Shown: in pieces, positions 26,365 to 39,958 of the stretch
How the letters are laid out: each line of letters begins with the position of its first letter
Position numbering within the stretch: the stretch's first letter is position 1
DNA from: Octopus vulgaris
Taxonomy: Eukaryota
Direction: 5' to 3'
Assembly (NCBI GenBank): GCA_951406725.2
Contig: OX597817.1
Span: 125,674,001-125,738,000 of the forward strand
Length of the DNA: 64,000 nt
Translations under genes and position numbers: made by a program
Notes under the pieces: generated by a model
Told to the model about the DNA's origin: nothing
Database searches by the model: none
Seen by the model: only the letters and a program-made list of their open reading frames with translations

Positions 26365-26775
26365 TTTCTTTTTTATCTATTATATTTCACTTGTTCTAGT
26401 CATTAGACTGTAGCGATGTTGGGGATCCGTCTCGAAGAATTTTTAGTCGAATGTATCGATCCCAATACTTAATTTTTAAAAGCCTAGTACTTATTCTATC
26501 GGTTACTTTTGCTGAACCGCTAAGGTGTGTAGACGAATAACACACCAGCTGCAATTGTCAAGTGCTGGTCGTGAGAGAAACACAGGCATAATACACACAC
26601 ACATACATATATATATACAACGGGATTCTTTCAGGTTCAGCCGGATATAAGTATGTACCAAATCCAGGCATAAGTCTTTGTGCCAGTCCGAAGCTGTAGT
26701 TGAAGACACCTACCAAAGATGCCGAACCATGTGGTTGGGAATCAAGCTTCCCATTTCACAATCACGACTGCACCT
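26365..26775 (-). mobile_element. SINE family B
   Basis: Reverse complement of 9478-9895 motifs (tacttattctatcgg, cttttgctgaaccgctaag, accatgtggttgg). Confidence 0.75.
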
Positions 26776-27259
26776 GTTTAAGTCGTTCATGAGATGATAC
26801 GTAACAACTACGAGAATTTAATAATGTTTGTAAACTACAGAAATGGATACATGACTTTTAAAAGATAAGAGTGAGGAAGTCCTATCCCTTGGCGTTCTCT
26901 CCGAGAAAATATATTAAGCGGAATTCCTCATGAACTACTGTTCGAAGTGGCTCTCTCGGTCAAACCTCCAGTCATGCAGTCTGCTACTCTCACTAGATAT
27001 GTTTTTAATACATAGGTATCGCATGACAATCAAGGACAATGAATACACATCAGACCTACAGAAGGATTTGTATATAATATACTAGTGGGATAAAGTAAAC
27101 AATATATAGTTCAATGTCGACAAGTTTCGATCACTCCGATATCGAACCCCAAACAACTAACGACCAGAATATCCAGGTCCGGGGTTATTGCAATCCCAGA
27201 GTTGAAAGTTAGCGGGTAAACTCGCAAGTCACATAAATCCCGATGCATCGTTCCATGTG

Positions 27260-27640
27260 AATTTTACTAAGATGGCAACAATGTGCAAGCGACTAATTGT
27301 TCGGATTCTGAGAACATTCCAAAGAAGAGAAAAGGAAACCATGTTCCTCCTGTGGAAAATATTTGTGTTTGGTTGCCTGGATCACTGCATGCTACCAAAA
27401 TCCCGGCATCTCCGCCCAGAGTAAGAATACAGCTCTCTAACAGCACAGAGTTCAAAGACTTGCAAATTTTTAATAACTTATGAAGAGGCCTCAGTGATCT
27501 ACAGGGTGTAAATATGGATACGTTCAATGAGCAATTAGACACATTCTTTTTTTTTTATCTAATATACTACCTGAACCCACATAACGGCAAGAAGCGCAAA
27601 ATAAGGCAAGTTTGTCCAACTCATCAGGTCATTCGAACTG
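27260..27640 (+). mobile_element. CR1-family 3' end relic
   Basis: FKDLQIFNNL*RGLSDLQGVNMDTFNEQLD parallels FRGPQLFNILPKNLRDLHGVDADVFKIKLD of the 1-120 minus region. Confidence 0.65.
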
Positions 27641-28799
27641 ATTCTGAATACATAACTAGGAAAAGAATCTAAAACAAACAGGCATTCACGCTAGTGGTGG
27701 TGCACCAGCATGGACACAGCCTATGGCTGAAACTGATAATAGGATAATAGAATAGATTAAAAACACAAACACATATGTCGAGAGATATGGACATAAATAC
27801 GCATACAAAGCTGTGTTTATATATATATATATCTGTAGATCTATGTATAAATACATACGCTACACGCATATACAGATACATACAATTTTACACACGTATG
27901 ATCATATATATTTGGGATACTTTATGCGCTTGTATTTGTACGCGTGTATAAATACATATATATCTATATGTATATACACATATGTATATGTATAAATATG
28001 CATATATGTGTGTGTGTGTATAATCTCTCTCTGTCTCTCTGTATATAAATATATATATGTGCGTGTGTGTAAAATTATAAGTATAAAAATAAGTACATAA
28101 CAGATGATCTGTTGCAGAGATTGAAATTATACACACCAGTGCATCCTTGGATGCTAATATAATTGCACTGTAATATTGATTGATATGTTACATATGTATA
28201 GGAGATTATTATAAATTAATAACATGTGACTATTCTCTGTAGTACAAGTTTTGTACTTGATACAATCTCAATGAAGCATATGATGCATTATAAAATTGAA
28301 TGTGGATTTGGACGGGCAGCGTTTTGTTTATGTATGTGACTGCATATGAATGTATGTGTGCAAGTAAGTGGTTTTGTCATTTCAGCGTGTTGATATGTTG
28401 CAATGTGCGTGAGTATATGGTCGTAATATGGTCGTATGTGGGTGTATCTGCAAATTTATGCGTGTCTTCTTCTGGTGTGGGTATGTTGTCTGTAGTATGT
28501 GAGGCTGTTGTGTGTAGTTTTGTGTGTGTGTGTATGTGTCTATGTGTAAATATGTATGTCGATGGCTGTTGTTACGTGATAGCGTGTCAACTGCAATGCG
28601 TATTAGGACTATTCTGTATGTGTTTGCAAATAATATAAATAATACGATGTATTCCTGAGAAGTTAAGGGTAGTGGTTAGAAATCAGCTTGCTATCTCCTG
28701 TTCGTTTTCCCTGCCTATCTACAGCTAGGTCATGTATGTTGGATAATGCGCACAAAGTACCATCGCAAATAGAAACAGCCGAATTTGGTTCATCAGAGG

Positions 28800-29150
28800 A
28801 CTGTTAGGAGGAACTTTTTCAACAGAGTGCGCAAAAAAGGAGGTCTCGTGGTCTCTGCAGGTCGAACCGTCACTTTTCCGCAAGGAGAGATTATGGTCCC
28901 AATACTTCGGACACGTGGAAATAATAACAAAATAGATTTTTTTTAAATGGAGTCAAGATGGAGGAGACCTTAAAGTAGACTACGTGCATCATTTGTGGAT
29001 AACATATGTAGTTACAACTGGTCGCTCTTGTGAATTCAGTACAAAAGTGTAATGATGGTTACTTCTGGTAACCCCCTATAGAGGATGTGCGTGAGGATTG
29101 TATCCTCACGAACCGCTCAGAAATAGTAAGCAGTGAAAATAAACAAATGG
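28800..29150 (+). mobile_element. Possible RTE-clade LINE 3' relic
   Basis: QYFGHVE-like peptide at about 28900-28920 resembles the RTE W/YFGHVxR motif. Otherwise decayed. Confidence 0.3.
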
Positions 29151-29375
29151 GTCCTCCTCAGCGGAAAACAATTGGCTGACGTATGATAATGCCATGTTAT
29201 GTAAAGATTACTGCTTTTAGGTTTAGTTGGTAAAATATCTAGAAAACGAAATGTGTTTAAATGAAACTTCAATATAGATGGGGATATATATTTTAAGTTG
29301 AGGCATGGAAATGCAGAGATTTGTATCTAACCGTGCTTTAAACTAATCTCTCGCTGCGGACGGTGTGCAAATGGC

Positions 29376-29406
<31 letters not shown>

Positions 29407-29546
29407 TAAATAATAAGGGTGAAAAATTGAATATTAATTTGATTAATATCAATTTAAAACTAGTGGCCTAGCATATTGATAAATCTGAAGATTCAGAAAA
29501 ATTATATTACATATATACATCCCTCTTATATAATGTACATCCTTGT

Positions 29547-29614
<68 letters not shown>

Positions 29615-29828
29615 AATAGATAGATGTGGGTGTGTGCGTGTATGTGTGTGTGCATGCGTATGTGTGTGTGGAGGCATATGTGTGTTTATCTTTTACTTTC
29701 ACCCGTTTAGAGCGCAGCTATGCTGGGGTACCACCTTGAAGAATTTGAGTCGACCTTACCGATCCTAATACTTTTTATTTTACCTTATTTACATTCGACA
29801 GGTATTTGTCCTCATCTTGTTTGTTGTT

Positions 29829-29874
29829 AACACAACGTTTTGGCTGATATACACTCCAGCCTTCTTCAGGTGTC
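29829..29874 (-). ncRNA. Minimal type I hammerhead (GAAA mutated to AAAA in this copy)
   Basis: gacac-CTGAAGA-a-ggctg-gagtgtatat-cagcc-AAAA-cg-TT-gtgtt. The sister arm retains cagcc-GAAA-cg (31448-31458). Confidence 0.7.
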
Positions 29875-29949
29875 TTGGGGAAATTTCGAACCTGGGTTCT
29901 CATTTCTAAGGTTTTTTCGATGTCATTATTATTACTATTATTATTATTA

Positions 29950-30910
29950 TGTTTTTTCCTTCTTTCTTCAAATTTTCTTCCGTTTCTCGCCGAGTGTTTT
30001 CCATACACTTAGGGCAGAGAAGGGCATTGCATTTATTCCCAGATTACACACGCAAATTCACAGATAAATTATGTTTTTAAAGATTAATAAATAAATAAAT
30101 TCATGAATGGATGTTGTTTTCACAGCGATAGTGCTCTTCTCAGTACATGAGCCTTTCCAGTTAGTACGATTTTTTGCTCTTTCTGTAGGGATGGTAAGCC
30201 TGGAATCATTTTCAAATAGGTTTCAGTACCTTTTTTTTTATCATTCCTAGAGATCCTACAATCCCTGGTACTGTAGTCGCCTTGAGATGCCACATTTTTT
30301 CAATTTCTCTCAGTAAGTCTTTATATTTACTAATCTTGTCAAATTCTTTCGCCGCTATATTGTGATCGCAAGGAATACTCATGTCAATTAATAAACACAC
30401 CTTTTTTGTCTGATATTTTATAATAATATCCGGTTTATTAGCTTTTATAATCTTGTCGGTCTGTACGGGGAAGTCCCATAGAATCGACACATTTTCTCCC
30501 TCAGTCATAACTTCAGGATGGTGTTTATACCATTTGTCAGCGGTTTTGATTTTAAAATGCTGACATATTGTCCAATGTAAATACTGGCCGACTCTGTCAT
30601 GTATTGCTTTATATTCTGCAGGTGCTAAGACTCTACACCATGAGATTAGGTGGTCTATTGTTTCAATCTCATTGTTACAGAATCGGCATTTTGGGTCAGC
30701 TCCATTTTTTATCACATTGGCTTGGTAGTTCCTGGTTTATAAGCTTTGGTCTTGAGCAGCTAATATGAAACCTTCACTCTCTGCTTTTAGCCCTGAGCTT
30801 CGTGACCATTGGTGTGTGTGTTTCTGGTCGATATCAGCTTGTTTGCTACGGGCCACAAACTTGCCATGGAGAGGTTTCTGTTCCCATCTGCTTGCTAATT
30901 TTTCATGTGC
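29950..30910 (-). mobile_element. R4/Dong-type RLE LINE, 5'-truncated, inserted in a (TTA)n tract
   Basis: CRFCNNEIETIDHLISWC (CCHC knuckle), HDRVG, ANKPDIII and LLIDMSIP...KISKYKDL (PD-D/E-xK nuclease). 3' UTR motif shared with 58870-58915. Confidence 0.92.
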
Positions 30911-31219
30911 TTATTATTATTATTATTATCATTATTATTATTGTTGTTGTTGTTTTTGTTGTTGTTGTTGTTGTTATTATTATTATTATTCTGGTCATTG
31001 CTTGGAATCGAACTCAGAATCTTGGGGTTAGTAGCTCGCGCTCTTAACTACTACACCATATGCCCGGGCATAAGGCGTAGTGGTTAAGAGCGTGGGCTAC
31101 TAACCCCAAGATTCCGAGTTTGATTCCAAGCAGTGACCTGAACAACAACAATAATAATAACATCGAAAAATACCTTAGGAATGAGAATCCAGGTTCGAAA
31201 TTTCCCCAAGACACCCGAA

Positions 31220-31437
31220 GATTATCGTCTCTTTGACCTTGAGTACAATTAGACATTTTCATCTTTTGCTTTGAGGATTGGGAGTTAGGGATCCCTTTAA
31301 TCCACAATTATTAACCTGATATTGATTGTATCGAATCCTCGTTTTCCTCATCCTCATTGATTTAATCACATCATAAACTCCATCAAAATTGATTCTTTTG
31401 AATCGCCGAGGATTTCTCTATGTAAGAACCCGATCTG
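31220..31437 (+). repeat. 218-bp local duplication of 32944-33161
   Basis: Same length with a few substitutions; seen directly. Confidence 0.95.
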
Positions 31438-33154
31438 GAGGGGACATCAGCCGAAACGCTGAATTTAAAAACAAAGGTAAGGACAAATATCCGTCGAATG
31501 TAAATAATGTAAATAATGTACATAATTCCTCATCTCTTAAATATAGAACTGTATTACTTTTAATTTGTTTTTCTAATGCCTGGGACTTATTCTATCGGTA
31601 TCTTTTGCTGAACATCTAAGTTACTATGGCGTAAACACACCAACACCGGTTGTCAATCGGTGGTGGGGACAGACACATACATAAAGACACACACATGCAT
31701 ACACCCCCACACATATACGATGAGATTCCGTCTATCAAATCCACTCACAAGGCTTTGGTCAGCTCGAGGCTATAGTAGAAGACGCTTCGCTAAGGTCCCA
31801 CGCAATGGAACTGAACCCAGAACTATGCAGTTGGGATGCAAGTATGTATACATTTACGTTGCTCTCTCTCTCTCTTTCTCTCTCTGTACATATATTTACA
31901 TATACACTCACATACCCCCCTCCCACACACACACACAGACACACAAACATACACGCCCCTCCACACGCATTGCATATTGAATGATTAGGCAGTTCAGTTG
32001 CTTGAAGACCTGAATAGTCATTCTTGAAAGTGACAGATATCCATTTAAGAAAGAAACGAAAGTTTAGTTGAACTGGATGGATAGAAACACAGAAGTCACA
32101 TCGAGAGAATGAGAAACATATAGATAAAAATAGATATTGCATCTTAACAGTAGACTCAATCTATCAAACAGTTTAATAGCGCAGCTTGGTGTTCTTGGGT
32201 GTCTTTAATGGAATGAACTCTGATTCAGCAGGAGGTCTGGAAAATATGAACTCATCCTTTTCTTTTCTAAATTGTTCAGTTGAAAAATATCCTTTTGGAT
32301 TTCGTTTTCATATCAATATTAAATTAATGAATGTTATCGAATTTTAACATCGGCAGAATACCACATATTCTAAAAGAGGGCATCGTTGATTAAAGTGGTT
32401 TATATTATCGACCTTGAAAGGATGAAAGACAACGTTGATCGTGGCAGGATTTGAAGCCAAGATGTTAAAGGTCATAAATAAATACCAACAATCAGTTTAG
32501 CCGATATTTTAATGATTCGGTTAATCCACAACCCTCCCTTACTTAAAATATTAACAGATCCACCCCTTTACTGAAGTCATTAACTGTTCCTTTAATGCTC
32601 TTTGGGGCGTATGTATTTCTCTTTCATTGTCTCCCCTTCTATTCTCTATAATATTTACTATAATCTCTAATCTATCTGTCTATCAACAACTTATATAAGC
32701 ATGCCAGTATGCATGTATTTATTTCTGCATCGGTAAGTTGATATATTTATCTATCTGTCTGTCTTCCTATCTGTCTGTCTGTTCGACTATTTGTCTCCCT
32801 TTGTCTCTGTCTATATTTCTGCTCAAACAATTTTGCATAAATGCAGTCCAATGTTTTAGGGATAATATATGAACCAGAGGTAATTGAATCATTATACGTT
32901 AATGATTATTGCTATAATTATTACAACTCACTAGGACGTTATTGATTATCGTCTCTTTGACCTTGAGTACAATTAGACATTTTCATCTTTTGCTTCCAGG
33001 ATTGAGAGTTAGGGATCCCTTTAATCCACAATTATTAACCTGATATTGATTGTATCGAATCCTCGTTTTCCTCATCCTCGTTGATTTAATCGCATCATAA
33101 ACTTCATCAAAATTGATTCTTTTGAATCGACGAGGAGTTCTCTATGTAAGAACC

Positions 33155-33680
33155 CGATCTGCTAAAAATAGCAGAGGAAATTCTCAGCCAAACAATGTGC
33201 TACTCATTTAAAAGAGATCCCAATGGATAATGTTGTCCAGGTTACACAATTCCTTGGATAAAATGAAAATAAAAGACGTGTGTGGTTGTAACTTGAATGC
33301 CTTTGATCCTAAATTCCTCGCGATCACGACCAACTTGAAGCTAAACAACGGCTTCTACAATATCATATCGATATTTTTTGTCAGATTCGGAGTTCACATC
33401 ATTATAATGGAATGGGTTTAATTTAGTGAAACTCCTCAGCATAACACTATTTTGACTGGCGCATTCTTGCAAAGGAACGTCTACATGTATCATTCATTCT
33501 GCTAGAAATAACCAGCAAATTCTACCACATATCAAACTCTACAATATTGGAAAGGCTGTGTCACATTAGACAATGTAATTCCAAATATAATATCTGAAAA
33601 GAAGATGCCTAGTAATGATTATAATGCCATTCATTATAAATATGGTCGGAGAGGGAAATCATGGTATGATGTACAAAATC
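33155..33680 (+). mobile_element. Two diverged fragments of another short interspersed repeat (family D)
   Basis: The ctgcta(g/a)aaata(g/a)c motif recurs at about 18028, 33159, 33499 and 35513. Confidence 0.45.
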
Positions 33681-36346
33681 TAGGGTATTATGTACCAATT
33701 CTTCAGGAAATATAGACAAGGTCAATATTGGAAATATTTGATTTTGCAAAGTAAATAAATAAAACGCTCTAAACTTATTGTGAACCTAGTTTTGTAAGAG
33801 ACTAGTAAATTGAAAATATATTATAAACAAAGATAAATACTTATTTAACGTCTGAACACGAGAAAGAATTGCAGCATGCATAATTACTTTCAGAGTTTCC
33901 AAGAAGAAACTATCCTCTCCCTTTATACATACCCTTAATACTTGCAGTTGAGAAGACGTCATTAAAATCGCTCAGGAGCCGGCTGACCGTGATAAAATGA
34001 ATAACGGATTAAGGAACAGTTTAACGAGTAAAATGAAAGAAACAAGAGAATAATATAATGTATTATGATGTAAAAAAAGAAAGCAGTATCAAAATTATAG
34101 ATGTCTTGTCCTTCGTAAACACACATACGGTAACAAAGGAAATAAAATTGTTGGAGAAAATATTCATCATCGAAGCAACATAGCAAAAACTTGTGGTACT
34201 GAAGTGAGCAAGTGGATGTGGTTTCTGATAGATGAGTTTTGTTGTGAGATGGAATAATATCGGTCATGCAATGGAATTTGTATGTGAGAGTGTCATAAAA
34301 GCATGTGAGAGAGTGCGAGATTTTAAGAGTGTGAATGGAAGGTTGGCAAAGGAATTTTTGTTGCATAAAATGACACAGGCGTGTGTGATCGTAGGCTGTT
34401 GTAAGAGTGATTATGTGAATGTGAATATCGAAGTATTTATCAGTGTATGGAGTAGAGTAATAGAGAGCAAGACGGTTAATGACACCGGCATACGTAGAGG
34501 AATTATCAACAGAAGATAACTGGCTTAGAGCAGGCCCGGGAAATTGAGGAGTTAGTGAGATTGAGTTGATTTGTAAAAGATAGCAAAGTAGACTATGGCT
34601 AATAATGGGAAATGGAAATGTCAAGAAAGTTTATTGACGTTTTAAAGAGAGATGATATGAATTCTAAAGCAAAATGGAAGAAAGTGATGAAAGATGGGAA
34701 GTAAAAGGCTCGTGAGTAAGAGAATAGATGTCGATATGATATACTCAACGGTAAAAAGTTGCCGGGCGTGTTTAAGGGGAAGGTGAAGTTGAAGAGTTAT
34801 GGGGCATGGGTTGGTTCTATGAGTATGAAATAGTTCTATGAGTATGAATAGAGAAAAAGTATTTCGAGATATACGATAAGATCGTTAGGCGGAAAAATGA
34901 TTGAATAGAAGAGGGAAGACGAGATTGGTAAATATCAAAATCTAACATAAGAAGCTGAGAACAAGTGAGGTTTATGGATACATATATGAGTTTATGTTTA
35001 ATGCGGTCAGCTAAGAGCTAAATGGAGACATATTACCTTGTGGCGCTGAAAATGAGGTAGAACTTATGAAGAATAAGATTTTGGTGTAGGCAGTAATTGA
35101 GAAATATTATATGACTAAGAACAGAATGTCTCAGTAATGATTATGCGAATGTAAAGTTATGTGGTAGCATTCAGGAACATACAAGGGAATATAAATCGTT
35201 TGAATTTCTGACATTTGCTGAAAAAGTCCTGTATTGAGATCGGGCTTGAAACCATGTAGATATGTAGCACATTCCCTAACCACATAGCGATTGATACACT
35301 AATACACGTGTACATATTTATATATAAATTTATTCTTCAAGCTACGAAGATTATATCTTTAGACATTTTGTTAAATTTCATTCAATCAATATATTATATT
35401 GAAAGTTAATCCCTCATTTTATGAAATTATCGATAAGTCATTTAAACGAGGAATTAGCGATGCAAAATTTAGATTTTGCATGACATTCTGTCCAGCGATT
35501 AACTGATTCGATCTGCTAAAATTAACAACCACATATCTCTCAAATTACTTCGTGAAAAAATGCTGGTGTACTAGAAATTGTAGGCCTGGTTGCATTATGA
35601 TAAGGAAAACCCCCCGCCAAAGTTAAAACAATGTAAGATGGCCGTGATTTGCAATGTTAACGATCATAGATTTGTTCAATCAGGAAGGAATGGGGTTACA
35701 TAACCTAAACAATAATTGTGTTTCATTAAAGGGTAAATATATTTTGATACACCTAAGCAATTTCCTTAAGTTTCTTCATAAATTAGCTTTAACAATTTCC
35801 AAATTTTGTTTAGACGAAAGACAGAAAGAGCGGCGAGGGAACGTGAGAAAAGAAAGGAGTGAGGATTGAGATGAAGAGAAATGGAACAGAGGTTTGGCAT
35901 TTAAATTACTAATCTGAAATGCATTTTGTACCGCTGTCATTAACATCACGATTTTTATCGTCGTTGTATGGTTGTTGCTGCAGCTGCTGCTGCTGTTGTT
36001 GTTGTTCTTTTTCTTCTTTTCCTTCTTCTTCACCTTCGTTGTCGTCGTCGTCATCATCACCAGCATCATCGATTCATATCATTGACGAGAACTTCCACTG
36101 AACGTTGCAGTTGGTAGTTTCACACCATATCCCTTTGACGTGTTGTGATCCGAACAGAGAGTGAGAGAACAAGAGGAAGAGAGAGAGGGAGAGAGAAGAG
36201 AGAAATAGAGAGGGAAAGAGAAAGAAAGAGCGTATAGAGAACTAGAGAGAAAGAGAGACAGAGAAATAAAGAGAAATATTTCTAAACTTATCACGAAAGG
36301 TGGATGTTAGTAGAGTCGATTGCATTAATACCAATTCGTTACTGCT

Positions 36347-36477
36347 TATTATTAACCACGTAGAAATAATACTAATTCTACGTAGAAATAATACTAATAT
36401 TATTAACCACGTAGAAATAATACTAATAATATTAACCACGTAGAAATAATACTAATATTATTAACCACGTAGAAATG
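36347..36477. repeat. 29-bp minisatellite, about 4.5 units
   Basis: Unit tattattaaccacgtagaaataatactaa; one unit is truncated. Confidence 0.92.
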
Positions 36478-38073
36478 AAGTTTAAATCCATTATGGCAGA
36501 GTTTCGGAATTTCATCTAAGAAGGTAAAGAAGCAACTATGCGTAAACTAACCCGTGTCAAAGATAGGTCACCATAACGTGTGGTGAATTCTCTGTCAGTC
36601 AGGAAGATGAATTCAGTAGTTCGAGCGACTAAATCCTGTTCGTGACCTTAACGTTTATGTGGGTGAGTATTATCCAGACATGTGTACCTGTGATGTATTT
36701 CCAATGTCGAATGAGCGTCATACCATGCGACAGGGTTGAAACTTTCAAGTACATGTATATCCTATGTCTGTCAGTCTGTATGTCTGTCTGACTCCCCGTT
36801 CCTTTTTTTTTCTACCTGTCTACCGGCCTATCTATGTAACTAATATATTTATTAATGTGTGTATGTATATGTATGCATATATTATGTATGTATCGTATCT
36901 GTAATTGGAAGATTCACAGAGATCGATAGATACATAGATAGATAGATAGATAGATAGATAGATGAAGTGAATAAGAGAAAGAGAGAAACAGACAGAAACA
37001 GACAAAAATTGACAGAATCATTAATACATAGTTAGATAGGTAGATAGATAGATGGATAGAATGAGTGAGAGGAAGAGAGAGAGAGAGAGACAGAAATAGA
37101 TAGAAACAGAGACAGGGAAAAAGAAAGTTACTGACAAGGGAGAGGAATCGTTTCCTTGTACTGGTATTAAATTTTATCAGTCATTTAGAAAATGAACTGT
37201 AAAGTTAACCGTAGCGGAATTTGAATTCAAAATATAAAGAAGCGGAACTAAATAACTGCATTTAATTAGTCTACTAATCTACGATTTGTATCTCTACGCT
37301 ATCCTGAGAGTGTAAGGTATTGATCTAGATATTCCTGAAAGATTTCTTATTATGTCAACGTGCTATGCTAATGGATTTGATTATATTTAGGATTTGTACT
37401 TTTCCTCCCACTTTTAGTGAATGCGTAATAACTGGCAAATCAATAAATTTCTAATGTAACGGGAAGCTGTCAGTTGATAAACTATTATATGGCGTTTAAT
37501 TAAAAATGTTATAGTTGTGTTAGAACAGAAATGGAGATACATCGATAGAGACAGAGAAAGAGGAGAATATCCAGTCAGTATGGCGAAATTTTTCTTTAGG
37601 TTAATTCATCCATACTGCAGCTCCATTATTAGGTTGCATTTAATCCAAGATTCTCCAGACCTTCATTGACTTTTGGCACATTAATCTATCATCGCAGAAA
37701 CAGAATATGCCAAGATCAGAATACGTTTAAGCTAGATGATATCACCATTGTATGTTTGCAGACTTCGATATTACATTCTCGTACGTGCATGTATTTTAAT
37801 TCGGTTATCAACCTATGTCAAATGGTCAATTTATCTTTACTTTCAAATTACAAAGACGAATACTTTGAAATCACTTAGATAATTTATAAGTACATTTATT
37901 TTAATACAGTTATTCTTACTACTGAATGAAGACTGTTTTAATATGGACAGTAATTTGACGATCAAAGCATTGTGAAGCGAAAGAAAACTGATAAATCATG
38001 TGAATTCTCATATCGAGACAAGGCCACAAAATATATGGAGAAGACGTACACACACACACACGCATATACACAC

Positions 38074-38405
<332 letters not shown>

Positions 38406-38406
38406 G

Positions 38407-38487
<81 letters not shown>

Positions 38488-39915
38488 CAGTAAACCAACA
38501 AATACTACTTTTCCTATCGACGCTGAAAGTGTGACGAGAAAATTTGATGACCCTGGTACAATTTCAGCTAAGAATGTCAAACGGTGTGGCAAAATGAATA
38601 TCTGAGTTTTCTATAGAAGTTTGATATATTCTGCATCTAATCACGCTACGAAAACATTGAAAAATATGAAATAAAGAAACTGAAGCTAGAAACATTGGTT
38701 AATAGTTCGATTGTTTCATTACTTAACCGTTGGTGATCACAGTAGGCTTGAGGTATTGCATTATGTAACTTTACTAAAGGCATGTCAGTCTGGGAAATAC
38801 CACAAGTCCTTACTAATATATCTCTAAAGGAAATATTGAAATCGACACTGCAAAGTCAATAAAATTTTAGGGAAATTTAAATATACACTACTGATGCATG
38901 CAGCTGCAGTTAGATGTCTTAACACTTGTGGCATTTAATTTTCTGTTATGTTGGTTAGATTAATAATATTTTTGGTGCATTTAGCATGAGCTACTGGCAA
39001 GTGCTAACCATGCAGCTAGCTGTCAAGCTCAATATTGACTCATTCAGCTGCATATATCTTCACTAAATGTATAAGGCTTTGGTGAATCAGATTACGGAAT
39101 AAATTGCTTTAATAAATCATTTCATTTGATCTTGCAGTCAATAGCATGTTTTATGCAATCTTATTTGATTACTGTCTGAGAACCTTTCAGCGTGATCTTG
39201 AAATCAAAATGAAATATTCTTGCATTTCATATGCAATTTCGTCAGGAATTAAAATTGTCCCACAGACGAACCAATATGAATGTTTTTATGAAGTTAGTGT
39301 AACTGATAGAAATAACAACGAAATTTCATGAAATCACCACGTATCGTTTTAAAATGGATAAGCGTATTGGAGAATGGAAAAGTAGATACAATATTAATAC
39401 AATATTAAAACAATATTTTAATGGAAACGAATTTCACATAGCTAGAATGCGTTTGATTACCGTTGTTGCTGAACAAGGTTGGCTGCAAATCAGAAATAAC
39501 ATCTTGATTTGTTTTCATCACTAGTAATTAGAACTACATATAATAATGGCTGAACTACATACAATCAAGACAAGACTGGAAAAAGCGTGTAATTCATAAG
39601 TGAGGGTTGTATATCTATGCTTTCTCTTTCAGTATTAGAATCAGGCATAATCCTTCATAGCTTAGTAAATAAATTTACACGTGTATTCATAAATATATAC
39701 ATACAAGCATGTATACATACATATAGACAAAGGCACACTGAAAGAAATATAGATACAAGCATTCATGTATACACACACACACACACACACACACAAGCAG
39801 ACAAACGTTTTCGTACAGAACTAGTGTTGTCGCATTCCTGGAGAATTCAGCAGGGACAGAGAGAGCGGAGAAGCAGGGACAGACAGAGACTGACAGAGAC
39901 TAAAGGGAGTGAAAG

Positions 39916-39958
<43 letters not shown>

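Larger units (their letters stand above)
29775..31552. mobile_element. Head-to-head palindromic dimer of a short retroelement with a tRNA-like head and a hammerhead
   Basis: Inverted tRNA-like heads at 30992-31065 and 31066-31140, centred on tgcccgggca. The left arm body (29775-29945) mirrors the right arm body (31141-31221 + 31435-31520). Each arm carries an HHR. Confidence 0.75.
29690..31845 (-). mobile_element. SINE family B split by nested insertions (3' part 29690-29774, 5' part 31553-31845)
   Basis: The two halves join to give a family B copy. Candidate TSD taatacttt (29766-29774) / tattacttt (31552-31560). Confidence 0.7.

Noticed and set aside
31066-31140. Functional tRNA gene
   Set aside because: The acceptor stem does not close and the sequence runs into a repeat body, so it is a SINE-like head. 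The same applies to the heads at 6608, 7172 and 45614.
33962-34624. 220-aa minus-strand ORF
   Set aside because: No recognisable motif. It lies in strand-biased purine-rich DNA and is possibly a very old LINE relic, but I cannot support this.
36347-36477. CRISPR-like appearance of the 29-bp repeats
   Set aside because: Units are contiguous with no unique spacers, there are no cas genes, and the context is eukaryotic.
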